Source: Polyangia bacterium
GTDB taxonomy: Bacteria; Myxococcota_A; Polyangia; Nannocystales; Nannocystaceae
Reading direction: 5' to 3'
Length of the DNA stretch: 42,819 nt
Assembly: GCA_030430565.1 (NCBI GenBank)
Contig: JAUIKS010000008.1
Span: 303,225 to 346,043 of the forward strand
Shown: piece by piece, positions 27,569 through 39,042 of the stretch
Layout: every line of letters starts with the position of its first letter
Position numbering within the stretch: the stretch's first letter is position 1
Position numbers and translations under genes: made by a program
The notes under the pieces: model-generated
Told to the model about the DNA's origin: nothing
What the model saw: only the letters and a program-made list of their open reading frames with translations
Databases searched by the model: none

Positions 27569-27670
27569 CATGACCCCATAGCCAGGCGCACACACGCCGC
27601 GGGCGCGCCTGTGGCGTTTCGCGTCACGCGGATCTCCTGACGCCCGCTAGCACGCCTGTACTTACGGTCA

Positions 27671-27676
27671 TATAAT
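27671..27676 (+). promoter_or_regulatory. Perfect TATAAT hexamer (candidate -10 element) about 140 nt upstream of the GD-repeat lipoprotein gene
   Basis: cttacggtcaTATAATacgcc. There is no good -35 match (TAGCAC at 17-nt spacing). Weak on its own in a high-GC genome. Confidence 0.2.
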
Positions 27677-27816
27677 ACGCCGGAGGGACGGGCCGCGCGC
27701 GGTCCGTCCTGCTTACACGGCCCCGCGCTGACGCGAGACCGCGAGCTGCTCGGCAGACGAGCGCGGCGCCCAGCGCTATGCCCGCGAGATACAAGACGAT
27801 GATCACGATTAGCCGA

Positions 27817-29058
<1,242 letters not shown>

Positions 29059-29085
29059 CGCGCCGCCGCGGGCGGCTGACCAAAG

Positions 29086-29115
29086 ATGACCCCGAGGACC
29101 TTTCCTCGGGGTCAT
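29086..29115 (+). terminator. Strong stem-loop (13-bp perfect stem, 4-nt loop) downstream of the GD-repeat lipoprotein gene
   Basis: ATGACCCCGAGGA-CCTT-TCCTCGGGGTCAT, 28 nt after the stop at 29058. No downstream T tract, which is common in high-GC bacteria. Confidence 0.55.
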
Positions 29116-29167
29116 GTCGTTCGCGCCGCGCGTGAGGTGGTACTCTCGGGGCGCTCAGAGGTTGACC

Positions 29168-29689
29168 ATGTACGTCTGCGATCACTGTCAGCGCCACTAC
29201 CGGGCGCGCGAGCCCCACTGCCCGTTCTGCGGCCCGACGCCGCGCAGCGTCGCGGCGTCGACGCTGCTGACGCTCGGCCTCGGCCTCGCGCTCGGCGTAG
29301 CGACGACGAGCTGCGGGGACGACAAGACGAACGAGAGCGGGAACGAGAGCTCGCAGACCTCGACCGACGCGGACGACTCCACCACGACCTTCTACGCGGG
29401 CCCGGGCCCCAGCACGGAGCTCTCGAGCTTCGGGACCACCGCGGCCGAGACCACCGACGCGACCGCGGGCACGACCGGCACCGACCCGGGCACGGAGACC
29501 GATACAACCACCGGCGACAGCACGGGCCAGAGCACGACCGACGCGACCGAGGGCGACAGCAGCTCGAGCGCGTCGGACTCCGACGCGACGACAGAGGCGA
29601 CGACCGAGGCGACGACAGGCGCGACGACGGGCGACAGCTCGGGCTCCGGCGGGGACCTCGACGTCGACCCGCCGCGCGCAGACAAGTAG
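29168..29689 (+). CDS. Zinc-ribbon / single-pass membrane (or lipo-)protein with long Thr/Ser/Asp/Gly-rich extracytoplasmic tail
   Basis: Internal ATG at 29168 gives MYVCDHCQRHYRAREPHCPFCGP (CxxC-x10-CxxC zinc ribbon), then the hydrophobic AASTLLTLGLGLALGVATTSCGDD, then about 110 residues of low-complexity T/S/D/G. The ORF track starts 18 codons earlier, inside the terminator hairpin. Confidence 0.55.
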   Translation: MYVCDHCQRHYRAREPHCPFCGPTPRSVAASTLLTLGLGLALGVATTSCGDDKTNESGNESSQTSTDADDSTTTFYAGPGPSTELSSFGTTAAETTDATAGTTGTDPGTETDTTTGDSTGQSTTDATEGDSSSSASDSDATTEATTEATTGATTGDSSGSGGDLDVDPPRADK

Positions 29690-29725
29690 CGAAGTTTAGG
29701 CGCGCAGAGAGCTTCAGGTGACGCC

Positions 29726-31060
29726 GTGAGCCTTGAGGACACCCGCCGGCGCCTGCCGATCGTCGACTCGCTGCCGCGACCGAAGACGCGCTCGCTCCTG
29801 CCGGTCGCGCCGGGACAAGGTCCGCGCCCGCGGCTCGCGGTGTGGGAGTTCACGCTCGCCTGCGACCAGCGCTGCCTCCACTGCGGACCCCGTGCCGGGC
29901 GGGCGCGACGGGACGAGCTGAGCACCGAGGAGGCGCTCGCGCTCGTCCGCGAGCTCGCCGCCGCGGGCGTGGGCGAGGTCGCGCTGATCGGCGGCGAGGC
30001 GTACCTGCGAAACGACTTCATCCTGGTCATCCGCGCGATCCGTGAGACTGGGATGACGGCGACCATGGTCACCGGCGGCTACAACCTGACGCGCGCGCGC
30101 GCGGAGGCGGCGGTCGAGGCCGGGATCAGCAGCGTCAGCCTCTCGATTGATGGCCTCGAGGACAGCCACAACCGAGTCCGCGACACGCCCGACAGCTGGC
30201 GCCGCGCGTTCCGGGCGCTCCGCCTGCTGCGCGAGGCCGGCTCGCGGATCTCGGTCAACACGCAGCTCAACGTGTGGACGCGCCACGAGCTCCCCGCGCT
30301 GCTCGAGCTGATCGCCGCCGAGGGCGCGTGGGCGTGGCAGCTGCAGCCCACGGTCGCCCACGGCAACGCGGCCGATCACCCCGAGCTGCTGCTGCAGCCG
30401 TACATGTACCTGGAGCTCTTCGACGCCGTGGAGCGCGTGCTCACCCGCGCCGAGTCGCTCGGCGTGCGGGTCTCGCCCGGCAACAGCCTCGGGTACTTCG
30501 GTCCGCTCGAGCACCGCCTGCGGAGCAGACAGATGCGCCGCACGGGGCACTTCCGGGGCTGCGAGGCCGGGCGCTCGACGATCGGCATCGAGAGCAACGG
30601 GATGATCAAGAACTGCCCGAGCAACGGCGGCCCGACGAATATCGGCGGGAGCTGGCGCGAGCGCAGCCTCGAGGAGCTGTGGACAGAGACCCCGCAGCTC
30701 AGCTCGCTGCGGGCGCGGACGGTCGAGGACCTCTGGGGCTACTGCCGCGAGTGCTACTACGCCGACCTCTGCCTCGCCGGCTGCACCGCCGTCTCGGAGC
30801 CGCTGCTCGGTCGACCGGGCAACAACCCGTACTGCCACCATCGCGCGCTCGAGCTCGACAAGCTCGGTCTGCGGGAGCGCGTCGAGCTCGTGCGGCCGGC
30901 GACCGCGGAGGCCTTCGCTAGCGCGCTGTTCCGCGTGGTCCGTGAGCACAAAGACGCGGCGGCGCGCGAGCGCCACGGCGGCCCCGTCGCGATCGAGGAG
31001 CCCCGGACGTCGCGGCTCGGAGATTGGCGGGGGCCCGGCGCGCCCGTTCCGCAGAGGTGA
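29726..31060 (+). CDS. Radical SAM enzyme with C-terminal SPASM domain (peptide/protein-modifying maturase family)
   Basis: 444 aa with a GTG start at 29726 and GGTGA 5 nt upstream. CxxxCxxC radical-SAM cluster motif FTLACDQRCLHCG. GGEAYLRNDF (GGEP-like). SPASM Cys motifs CEAGRSTIGIESNGMIKNCP and WGYCRECYYADLCLAGCTA. Confidence 0.8.
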   Translation: MSLEDTRRRLPIVDSLPRPKTRSLLPVAPGQGPRPRLAVWEFTLACDQRCLHCGPRAGRARRDELSTEEALALVRELAAAGVGEVALIGGEAYLRNDFILVIRAIRETGMTATMVTGGYNLTRARAEAAVEAGISSVSLSIDGLEDSHNRVRDTPDSWRRAFRALRLLREAGSRISVNTQLNVWTRHELPALLELIAAEGAWAWQLQPTVAHGNAADHPELLLQPYMYLELFDAVERVLTRAESLGVRVSPGNSLGYFGPLEHRLRSRQMRRTGHFRGCEAGRSTIGIESNGMIKNCPSNGGPTNIGGSWRERSLEELWTETPQLSSLRARTVEDLWGYCRECYYADLCLAGCTAVSEPLLGRPGNNPYCHHRALELDKLGLRERVELVRPATAEAFASALFRVVREHKDAAARERHGGPVAIEEPRTSRLGDWRGPGAPVPQR

Positions 31061-31063
31061 CGG

Positions 31064-31618
31064 CTATCGCGTCGCCGCGGCGAGCGAGCGCAGCACGCCG
31101 GGCTCGAGGCGCGCGAGCGCGGAGCGGATGAAGTCCCCGGTCTCGACGCCCTGCGCGGCGCTGTAGCGGCGCGCCTGCAGGGCCATGTCGAGCTTGTCGC
31201 AGGCCTTCACGAAGCGCCCTTCTGGGCTCGATCCGTCCTCGTACTCTCGCCAGAGCGCCGTCAGCTCGCGTCCCCGCGGTCCTAGCGGCGCGAGCATCCC
31301 CGAGAGCGCCGCGAGCTCGCGCGCCCGCTTCTCCTCCGCCGGCACGCCGTCGTGGGGCGTGATATCGCCGACCCGGACCTCGGCGAGATCGTGAATCACC
31401 GCGATCGCGAGCGCGCGCCCGCGGTCGAGCGCCGGGGGACACAGCGCCAGCACGAGCCACGCGACCCCCCACGAGTGGGCCGCGACCGACTCGGCCCCCT
31501 CGACGCCCACGCGCAGCCAGCCGGCGCGCGTAACCTCTTTAAGCGCGAGCGCCTCGAGCAGCTGCTCGCGCAGCTCGTGCAGCTGCGCGTCGGGACAGGG
31601 CGGCTCATGTTCGCGCAC
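31064..31618 (-). CDS. HD-domain phosphohydrolase (YfbR-like 5'-deoxynucleotidase family)
   Basis: 184 aa with a GTG start. The H...HD motif is present (ESVAAHSWGVAWLV...IAVIHDLAEVRVGDITPHD), and CDKLDMALQA matches YfbR-like HD proteins. Convergent with the radical-SAM gene, 3 nt gap. Confidence 0.7.
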   Translation of the reverse strand: MREHEPPCPDAQLHELREQLLEALALKEVTRAGWLRVGVEGAESVAAHSWGVAWLVLALCPPALDRGRALAIAVIHDLAEVRVGDITPHDGVPAEEKRARELAALSGMLAPLGPRGRELTALWREYEDGSSPEGRFVKACDKLDMALQARRYSAAQGVETGDFIRSALARLEPGVLRSLAAATR

Positions 31619-32041
31619 GCGCTCGATCGTAGCACCCTCTCAATCGCGGGTGCGCAGACCCGCGCCGCGCAGACCCGCAATCTGCATCTGAGGACATCAA
31701 CGCAGGAGGGCGCGCGAACGCGCGAGGTACTGCTCACACGATCCGGCGCGCTCCCTCGCGGTCGCGCCGGATCATGACGCGTCCCCGCGACCGCGTCCGC
31801 GGATTCAACACACAGCGATGATTCAACGCCGTTTTAAACACACATTTTATCTCCACCTTAAATCACAACACCTCCGTGTTGAGGGTCAGGACAGGCTACA
31901 GACCAGACACGCGCCCCGCGTGATTTCAACCGTCCAACTCACGTGATTAACTCGCTGGATAGTCGACGCGGCGCCGCTCGCCGGGAGCGCGACGCTGTGG
32001 CGTTTTGACCCGCTTGACCGCGAATCTCTCGATCTCGATCG

Positions 32042-32080
32042 CGTCGAAGGAACGACGTTAAATCGTTGACTTTAATCAAC
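32042..32080. promoter_or_regulatory. Two adjacent inverted repeats (CGTCG-AAGGAA-CGACG and GTTGA-CTTTAA-TCAAC) in an AT-rich region about 120-160 nt upstream of the cytochrome c peroxidase gene
   Basis: Read from the sequence at 32042-32057 and 32065-32080. Candidate operator sites. Confidence 0.3.
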
Positions 32081-32200
32081 ACCGCGTGAGAGCGTGCCAT
32101 CAAAGCGCCGACTGTTTTCCGGCGTGTTTGTACGCGCGACATTGCGAGCTGTTTGTTCGCTGGCTCGCTGCTGTCCGCGATCGCATGAGAGAAGGTGGAG

Positions 32201-33799
<1,599 letters not shown>

Positions 33800-33822
33800 G
33801 GTCGAGCGCCCCTGGACGCTGT

Positions 33823-33848
33823 CCGAGCGACCCCCGCGGGCGGCTCGG
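33823..33848. terminator. Candidate bidirectional terminator hairpin between convergent genes (ccp and histidine kinase)
   Basis: CCGAGC-N14-GCTCGG with an internal CCCGCGGG palindrome. Lies in the 68-nt convergent gap. No T tract. Confidence 0.3.
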
Positions 33849-33867
33849 CCAGCCTCCCGGGGCGCGC

Positions 33868-35253
33868 TCAGGTCGGCAGCCGGACCGTGAAGCAGCTGCC
33901 GACGCCGAGCCGCGAGGTGACCGAGATGCTGCCGCCGAGGCCGTCGATGATGTGCTTGGCGAGGCTCAGCCCGAGGCCCGCGCCCTCGAACGCGCGCGCC
34001 CGCGAGCCGTCGACCTGCTGGAAGGGCTGGAAGATGTCGTCGAGGCGCTCGGCCGGGATCCCGATCCCCGTGTCCTCGATCGAGACCTCGACGCCGCTCG
34101 CGCCCGCGAGGCCGACGCCGCGGACCGTGCACTTCACCCGCCCCTTCTCGGTGAATTTGATCGCGTTGCTGAGCAGCGCCGTCAGGACCCGGCGCAGCTG
34201 CATCGGGTCGCTGCGGACGTGCGTCAGATCGCTGGCGAGCTCGCAGGTGATCTCGAGGCCCTTGGCGTAGGCCAGCGGCTCGAGCGTCGCGATCAGCTCG
34301 TTGAAGAAGGGCAGCAGCTCGAAGCGATCGAGCTCGTAGGAGGCGCGCGAGGCGTCGAACTGCGAGAGCTCGAGGACGTCCGAGATCATCGTCACGAGGT
34401 GCCGGCCCGAGGCGATGATCTGGTTGAGCAGCTCGAGCTGCTCGTCGGGCTCGATCTCCTCGTCGACGATGCCCTCGCTGAGCTCCTCGGCGTAGCCGAT
34501 CATCGCGTTGAGCGGGGTCCGCAGCTCGTGGCTCATCGTCGCCATGAACGCGGCCTTGGCCCGGTGGCTCACGTCGATCCGCTCGGCGAAGGCGCGGGCC
34601 TCGACCTCCTCGAGCGCGGCGCGCGTGAAGCGTCGCTCGGAGGCGACCGCGATGTCGATGCTCTCGTTGCGCAAGCGCTCGAAGTGAACCATCAGCCAGG
34701 TGATGATGGTGATGACGACGAGGTGCCCGACCAGCGCGAGCGTCAGCCAGTCGCTGTCGCCGGGGATCAGCCGCCCCGGGAGGCGCCCGCCGAGGTCGAG
34801 GAGGTAGAAGCTGACGAGCGCCGTAGCGACGACGCCGGCCCACACGAGGCCCGAGCGGAAGCCGGCGATCAGGATGCTGATCGGGACGACGATCGCGAAG
34901 CCGACGCTCAGCGAGCCGCGCAGCCCCCCGTCGAAGGCGACCGCGTAGCTGAAGCTGATGAACGCGAGCGCGGTCAGCCAGTTGCCCGCGATCAGCAGCG
35001 ATCCAGTCTGGCGCAGGAGCACGGGCGTCACGAGGAACATCCCGCTGACCACGAGGCTGTAGGCGATCCCGATCAGCTGCGCGCGGTCCTCGGCGATCAG
35101 CAAGAGCAGCGGGATGAAGGCGAGCGCGAGCACGCCGCAGACGACCGAGATGAAGACCGCGAGGCTGACGCGATGAGCGCTCTCGGCGTTCATCAGCATC
35201 GCCCGAGGGAGACCTTCCTCGACGAAGGCGCGCACGTGGCCGAACAGCTGCAC
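33868..35253 (-). CDS. Membrane-bound sensor histidine kinase (multi-TM N-terminal sensor, HisKA + HATPase_c)
   Basis: 461 aa. GTG at 35253, or internal ATGs at M19/M21. Five to six hydrophobic helices, then the H-box AAFMATMSHELRTPLNAM, N-box LSNAIKFT, and G-boxes DTGIGI ... GAGLGLSLAK. Confidence 0.8.
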   Translation of the reverse strand: MQLFGHVRAFVEEGLPRAMLMNAESAHRVSLAVFISVVCGVLALAFIPLLLLIAEDRAQLIGIAYSLVVSGMFLVTPVLLRQTGSLLIAGNWLTALAFISFSYAVAFDGGLRGSLSVGFAIVVPISILIAGFRSGLVWAGVVATALVSFYLLDLGGRLPGRLIPGDSDWLTLALVGHLVVITIITWLMVHFERLRNESIDIAVASERRFTRAALEEVEARAFAERIDVSHRAKAAFMATMSHELRTPLNAMIGYAEELSEGIVDEEIEPDEQLELLNQIIASGRHLVTMISDVLELSQFDASRASYELDRFELLPFFNELIATLEPLAYAKGLEITCELASDLTHVRSDPMQLRRVLTALLSNAIKFTEKGRVKCTVRGVGLAGASGVEVSIEDTGIGIPAERLDDIFQPFQQVDGSRARAFEGAGLGLSLAKHIIDGLGGSISVTSRLGVGSCFTVRLPT

Positions 35254-35330
35254 CCTCTATGAGCATGCCCCAAAGGACCTGTCCCAACAATACAAAGCGC
35301 GATCGGGGCGGGTACGCGATCGCTCGCGCC

Positions 35331-37070
35331 TCAGCGGGTGGCCGCGAAGGTCCGCCGCTCGGCGTAGCGCGGCAGCACCATCGTGAACCGCGATCCCTCG
35401 CCGTGTCGGCGCTCGGCGAAGACCTCGCCGCCGAGCAGCTCGGCGAAGCGCCGGATGATCGCCACCCCGAAGCCGGTCCCGTCGTGGGGGACGCTCGCGC
35501 CCGGGGACTCGGGCGTCGTGTAGGGGTCGAACATCGCGGCGACGCGCCCAGGATCGACCGCGCCGCCGCTGTCCTCGACCACGAAGCGCACGCGGTCGCC
35601 CTCGCGCTCGCGCCCCCACTCGTCCTCGACGAGCACCGTGATGAGACCGCGCTGCGTGAACTTGCACGCGTTGGCGACCAGCGTCAGCATGCACTGACGC
35701 ACCTTGGTCACGTCCGCGTGCATCGTGCCGGCGCCGTCGAGGCCGCGCACGACGATCTCGTTGCCGCGGCTCTCGGCCAGCGGCAGCACGTTGTCGACCA
35801 CCTCCGTCACGATCTCGGCGAGTTCGAAGGTCTCGGGCGCGAGCTGGGCGGTCCCGGCCTCGAGGTGCGCGAGATCCAGCACGTCGTCGGTCAGCTCGAG
35901 CAGGCGCTTGCCGGCCGCGAGGATCTTCGCGAGGTCCTGGGCGACCTCGAGCTGCTCGCTGTCGCGCGCGTCCTCCTCGAGCATCTCGGCGTAGCCGATG
36001 ATCGCGTTGAGCGGCGTGCGGACCTCGTAGGTCATGCTCGCCATGAAGGTGTTCTTGGCCTTGTTCGCGACCTCGGCCTTGTCGAGCGCCTCGACGAGCT
36101 GCTCGTTCTTGCCGGCGAGCTCAGCCGCGGCGAGCTTGAGCCGCTCGCGCGCGTCTTTTTGCTCCGTGATGTGCTCGGTGAACAGGATGAGCCCGCCGAT
36201 CTCGCCGTTGGTGTGCCGCCACGGGTGCACCTCCCAGCGCAGCCACTCGACCCGGCCGTCGCGGCGGCGGAAGGGCTCCTCGGCGCGACGCTCGACCCGA
36301 CCCTCGAGACATCTTTTGTACGCGACCCGGATGTCGCGCGTCGTCTCGGGGAACACGTCGTAGTAGCCGACGCCGATCAGGTCGCGACCGTGCAGGCCGT
36401 AGTCGGAGAGGAAGCGTCGACTGACGAGCATGAAGCGCATGCGCGAGTCGAGCATCGCCACGGCCGCCGAGGTGTGCTCGACGAGCAGGCGCAGCAGCCA
36501 CTGGCTCTGGTGCAGCGCGCGCTCGGCCTGCCGCCCCGAGAGCGGCGCGCCGAAGCCGTTGTCGCCGCGCCCGCCGGGCCCGGTCGCGATCTGAAAGGCC
36601 GAGCGCGCCTGCCTGCGCAGCATCGCCTCCCAGCGCTTCTCCTCGGTGACGTCGCGCGCGAGGCCGAAGATGTGCCCCGCGTCCACGCCGTCGCGCGCCC
36701 CCTTGTTCAGGCTCCACGTCAGCCAGCGGTGCGCGCCGTCCTCACAGCGCATGCGCACGAGGCAGCTGGCCTTGTCGTGCTCAGCGCGCGCCCGCTCGAG
36801 CTCGCCGTCGAAGACCTCGCGGTCGTCCTCGTGCACGAGCTCCTGCAGACGCCGCTGGTTCACCAATTCAGGCGAGTAGCCGAGCACCGACTCGAAGGCT
36901 CGATTGACGCGGAGGATCCTGCCGCTGAGGTCTACGAGACACATCGGATCGGGCGACAGCGCGAAGAATCCGACCGTCGGATCGACCCCTGTGGTTACGG
37001 AACCCATGAAAATTCTGTGCGCGGTCGCAGTCCAGGGAGGCTCGCCGCGCAGACCTGCCCAGGGTAGCAC
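35331..37070 (-). CDS. Cytoplasmic PAS-domain sensor histidine kinase (2 PAS + HisKA + HATPase_c)
   Basis: 579 aa from the GTG at 37070, or 558 aa from the ATG at 37005-37007. PAS segments (FFALSPDPMCLVDLSGRILRVNRAFESVLGY; AVAMLDSRMRFMLVSRRFLSDYG), a coiled-coil, H-box NTFMASMTYEVRTPLNAI, HATPase N/G boxes (VANACKFT, DSGGAV, GTGFGVAI). Confidence 0.8.
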   Translation of the reverse strand: MLPWAGLRGEPPWTATAHRIFMGSVTTGVDPTVGFFALSPDPMCLVDLSGRILRVNRAFESVLGYSPELVNQRRLQELVHEDDREVFDGELERARAEHDKASCLVRMRCEDGAHRWLTWSLNKGARDGVDAGHIFGLARDVTEEKRWEAMLRRQARSAFQIATGPGGRGDNGFGAPLSGRQAERALHQSQWLLRLLVEHTSAAVAMLDSRMRFMLVSRRFLSDYGLHGRDLIGVGYYDVFPETTRDIRVAYKRCLEGRVERRAEEPFRRRDGRVEWLRWEVHPWRHTNGEIGGLILFTEHITEQKDARERLKLAAAELAGKNEQLVEALDKAEVANKAKNTFMASMTYEVRTPLNAIIGYAEMLEEDARDSEQLEVAQDLAKILAAGKRLLELTDDVLDLAHLEAGTAQLAPETFELAEIVTEVVDNVLPLAESRGNEIVVRGLDGAGTMHADVTKVRQCMLTLVANACKFTQRGLITVLVEDEWGREREGDRVRFVVEDSGGAVDPGRVAAMFDPYTTPESPGASVPHDGTGFGVAIIRRFAELLGGEVFAERRHGEGSRFTMVLPRYAERRTFAATR

Positions 37071-37275
37071 CCCTCACGTCGCGCAAACCCGTGGCGCGCG
37101 GCGTGCAGGGATTTCGCGCGCGAGAGTGCTCCGCCGTCTGCGTGACACGGAATACATGTTCACCCGTCACGCTCCGCGCGGCTGTGCTCGTCGCCGCCGC
37201 GCGACTCGTTCTCCCGCGTTCCTTGAGTGAACAACTTGGTCCGCGCGAGGCGCGGGCTCGTGCTCCCACCGCGGC

Positions 37276-38409
37276 TCACACGGCCGTCGAGGGTAGGCCG
37301 ACATGCTCGAGCATGCGCTCGGGATCGTCGGTCTCGATCCAGTCAACGCCGAGCGCGATCAACCGCTCGATCTCACCTCGGCTCTGCCCCTCGAGCTCGC
37401 CCGCGTGCGCGACCGCGGACGCGCTGCGCCGCGTGTCGAGGGGGAACAGGGTGTAGGCGCCGACCGCCGCGATCGAGCGCTCGCGCAGGGTCTCGACCGT
37501 GGTCATGTGCAGCAAGGTGTGCTCCGCCGAGCAGACTGACGAGCCGACCCAGCGACCGACGGCGTTCGCCTCGAGCAGGCTCCCGATCAGCGCGGCGCTG
37601 CTGCGCGCGCCCTCGGGCAGGCGGAGATGCGCGCGCAGGCCCGGGACCCACTGCATCCAGTTGATGACGTCGTCGAACAGCCCGTCGTTGTAGGCGAAGC
37701 CCGAGCGCAGCCCGGGGTGCTCGTGCTCGAGCGCGACGAGCTTGAAGAGGTCGAACGAGGTGACGACGACCGAGTCCTCCGCGCCCGCGTCTCGAATCAC
37801 GCGCGCGACCGTCGCGCCATCCTGTCTCTGCGACCAGATCGGCCTCGAGGGCCGCATCTCGACGTTGATCGCTAGCTTGCCCTTGAACTCGTCGAGCACC
37901 TCGGCGAGCAGCGGGATCCGACGCGCCCGCGGGTAGTTGATCCAGCACTGACCCTCGGCGCCGTAGCCCATGAAGACGCGCCGCTGCAGCCGCAGCCGCG
38001 AGACCTCGTCAAAGCGGCGCGCGGCGATCGAGCCCGACTCGCCGGTGAGCCGCGCGGTGTCGTCGTCGTGGAAGCAGACGACGCGCCCGCAGGCCGTGAC
38101 CATCACGTCGAGCGCGACCGCCGGGATCCCCAGCTCGACCGCGCGCCGGAGGCCCTCGATCGTGTTCTCCTGCTCGATCCCTGGAACGCCGCGGCGCCCC
38201 GTGACCAGCGGTCGATCCTTCGCTCGCACGAACGGATTGTTCTCCCCCAACGCGCCCCCCGCTGCTCGCGTCGCCACGGCCTCCGCCACGGAGGCGAACC
38301 GATCGAACGCCGCTCTACGCCGGCATTCTCGATGATTGCGACCTGCGACGCATCTCGCGTTCTCGACGGTCCTCGCGGCGTAACGCGGCCCCAAAGCCGG
38401 TTGATGCAT
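37276..38409 (-). CDS. Glycerophosphodiester phosphodiesterase (GDPD/GP-PDE) family protein, non-canonical first catalytic His
   Basis: Internal ATG at 38407-38409 (MHQPALGP...). RPLVTGRRGVPGIEQENTIEGLRRAVELGIPAVALDVMVTACGRVVCFHDDD is collinear with the GDPD N-terminus (xxAHRGxxxxxPENTxxAF..A...GAD.IE.DV..T.DG..VV.HD). The HRG motif appears as RRG here. Upstream ORF-track codons are rejected. Confidence 0.65.
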   Translation of the reverse strand: MHQPALGPRYAARTVENARCVAGRNHRECRRRAAFDRFASVAEAVATRAAGGALGENNPFVRAKDRPLVTGRRGVPGIEQENTIEGLRRAVELGIPAVALDVMVTACGRVVCFHDDDTARLTGESGSIAARRFDEVSRLRLQRRVFMGYGAEGQCWINYPRARRIPLLAEVLDEFKGKLAINVEMRPSRPIWSQRQDGATVARVIRDAGAEDSVVVTSFDLFKLVALEHEHPGLRSGFAYNDGLFDDVINWMQWVPGLRAHLRLPEGARSSAALIGSLLEANAVGRWVGSSVCSAEHTLLHMTTVETLRERSIAAVGAYTLFPLDTRRSASAVAHAGELEGQSRGEIERLIALGVDWIETDDPERMLEHVGLPSTAV

Positions 38410-38540
38410 AATGTTGCGGCGTACCCGAGCGCCCCGCGACGCCCGGCGTCCTCCCGCGCCCCAACGGGTCTCTGCGCGGTCGCACGCCGTCTGGCACGGG
38501 TTGTGCTTTGTACACTGAGCGTCACGGGAAAGGAGCCCAC

Positions 38541-39038
38541 GTGTACTTGGCCACACTGATTCACGCTGACTTGTGCGCGTCCGTAGGCTCGCCGCTGGTC
38601 GCAAACGCCTCGCTCGCGCTCGACCTCTCCACCGCGCTGTTCGGCGGCGCGCTCATCGGTCTGGCGTCCATGCTCGTCCTGCTGTTCTCCGGCCGCGTCG
38701 TCGGGATCAGCGGGGTCGTCGGCGGCCTCCTCCCGCCGCGCCCCGGGGACCTCGACTGGCGCGTCAGCTTCGTCGTGGGGCTGCTCGTCGGCGGGCTGGC
38801 GTTGAGCGTCATTCTGCCCGGGGCGCTCGACCTCTCCGCGCTGCCGCGCGGGCCGCTGGAGCTCGTGCTCGGCGGCGCGCTCGTCGGCGTCGGCACGCGG
38901 ATGGGCAACGGCTGCACCAGCGGTCACGGCGTGTGCGGGATCGGCCGCCTCTCGCGTCGCTCGATCCTCGCCACGATCACCTTCATCTCGTTCGCCGCGT
39001 TGACCGTCTTCCTCACCCGACATGTCTTCGGAGGCTAA
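38541..39038 (+). CDS. YeeE/YedE-family sulfur-compound transporter component (N-terminal half-type)
   Basis: GTG at 38541 preceded by AAAGGAG (38527-38533, 7-nt spacer); the ORF track starts 11 codons earlier. Multi-TM protein with the family signature GNGCTSGHGVCG. Confidence 0.65.
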   Translation: MYLATLIHADLCASVGSPLVANASLALDLSTALFGGALIGLASMLVLLFSGRVVGISGVVGGLLPPRPGDLDWRVSFVVGLLVGGLALSVILPGALDLSALPRGPLELVLGGALVGVGTRMGNGCTSGHGVCGIGRLSRRSILATITFISFAALTVFLTRHVFGG

Positions 39039-39042
39039 GCAG

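Noticed and set aside
26593-27816. Sigma-54 (-24/-12 TGGCAC-N5-TTGC) promoters near the EBP, ECF sigma and lipoprotein genes
   Set aside because: Scanned by eye. TGGCAGGATCGATTCGA and similar candidates do not keep the GG-N10-GC spacing, so no convincing sigma-54 promoter could be called.
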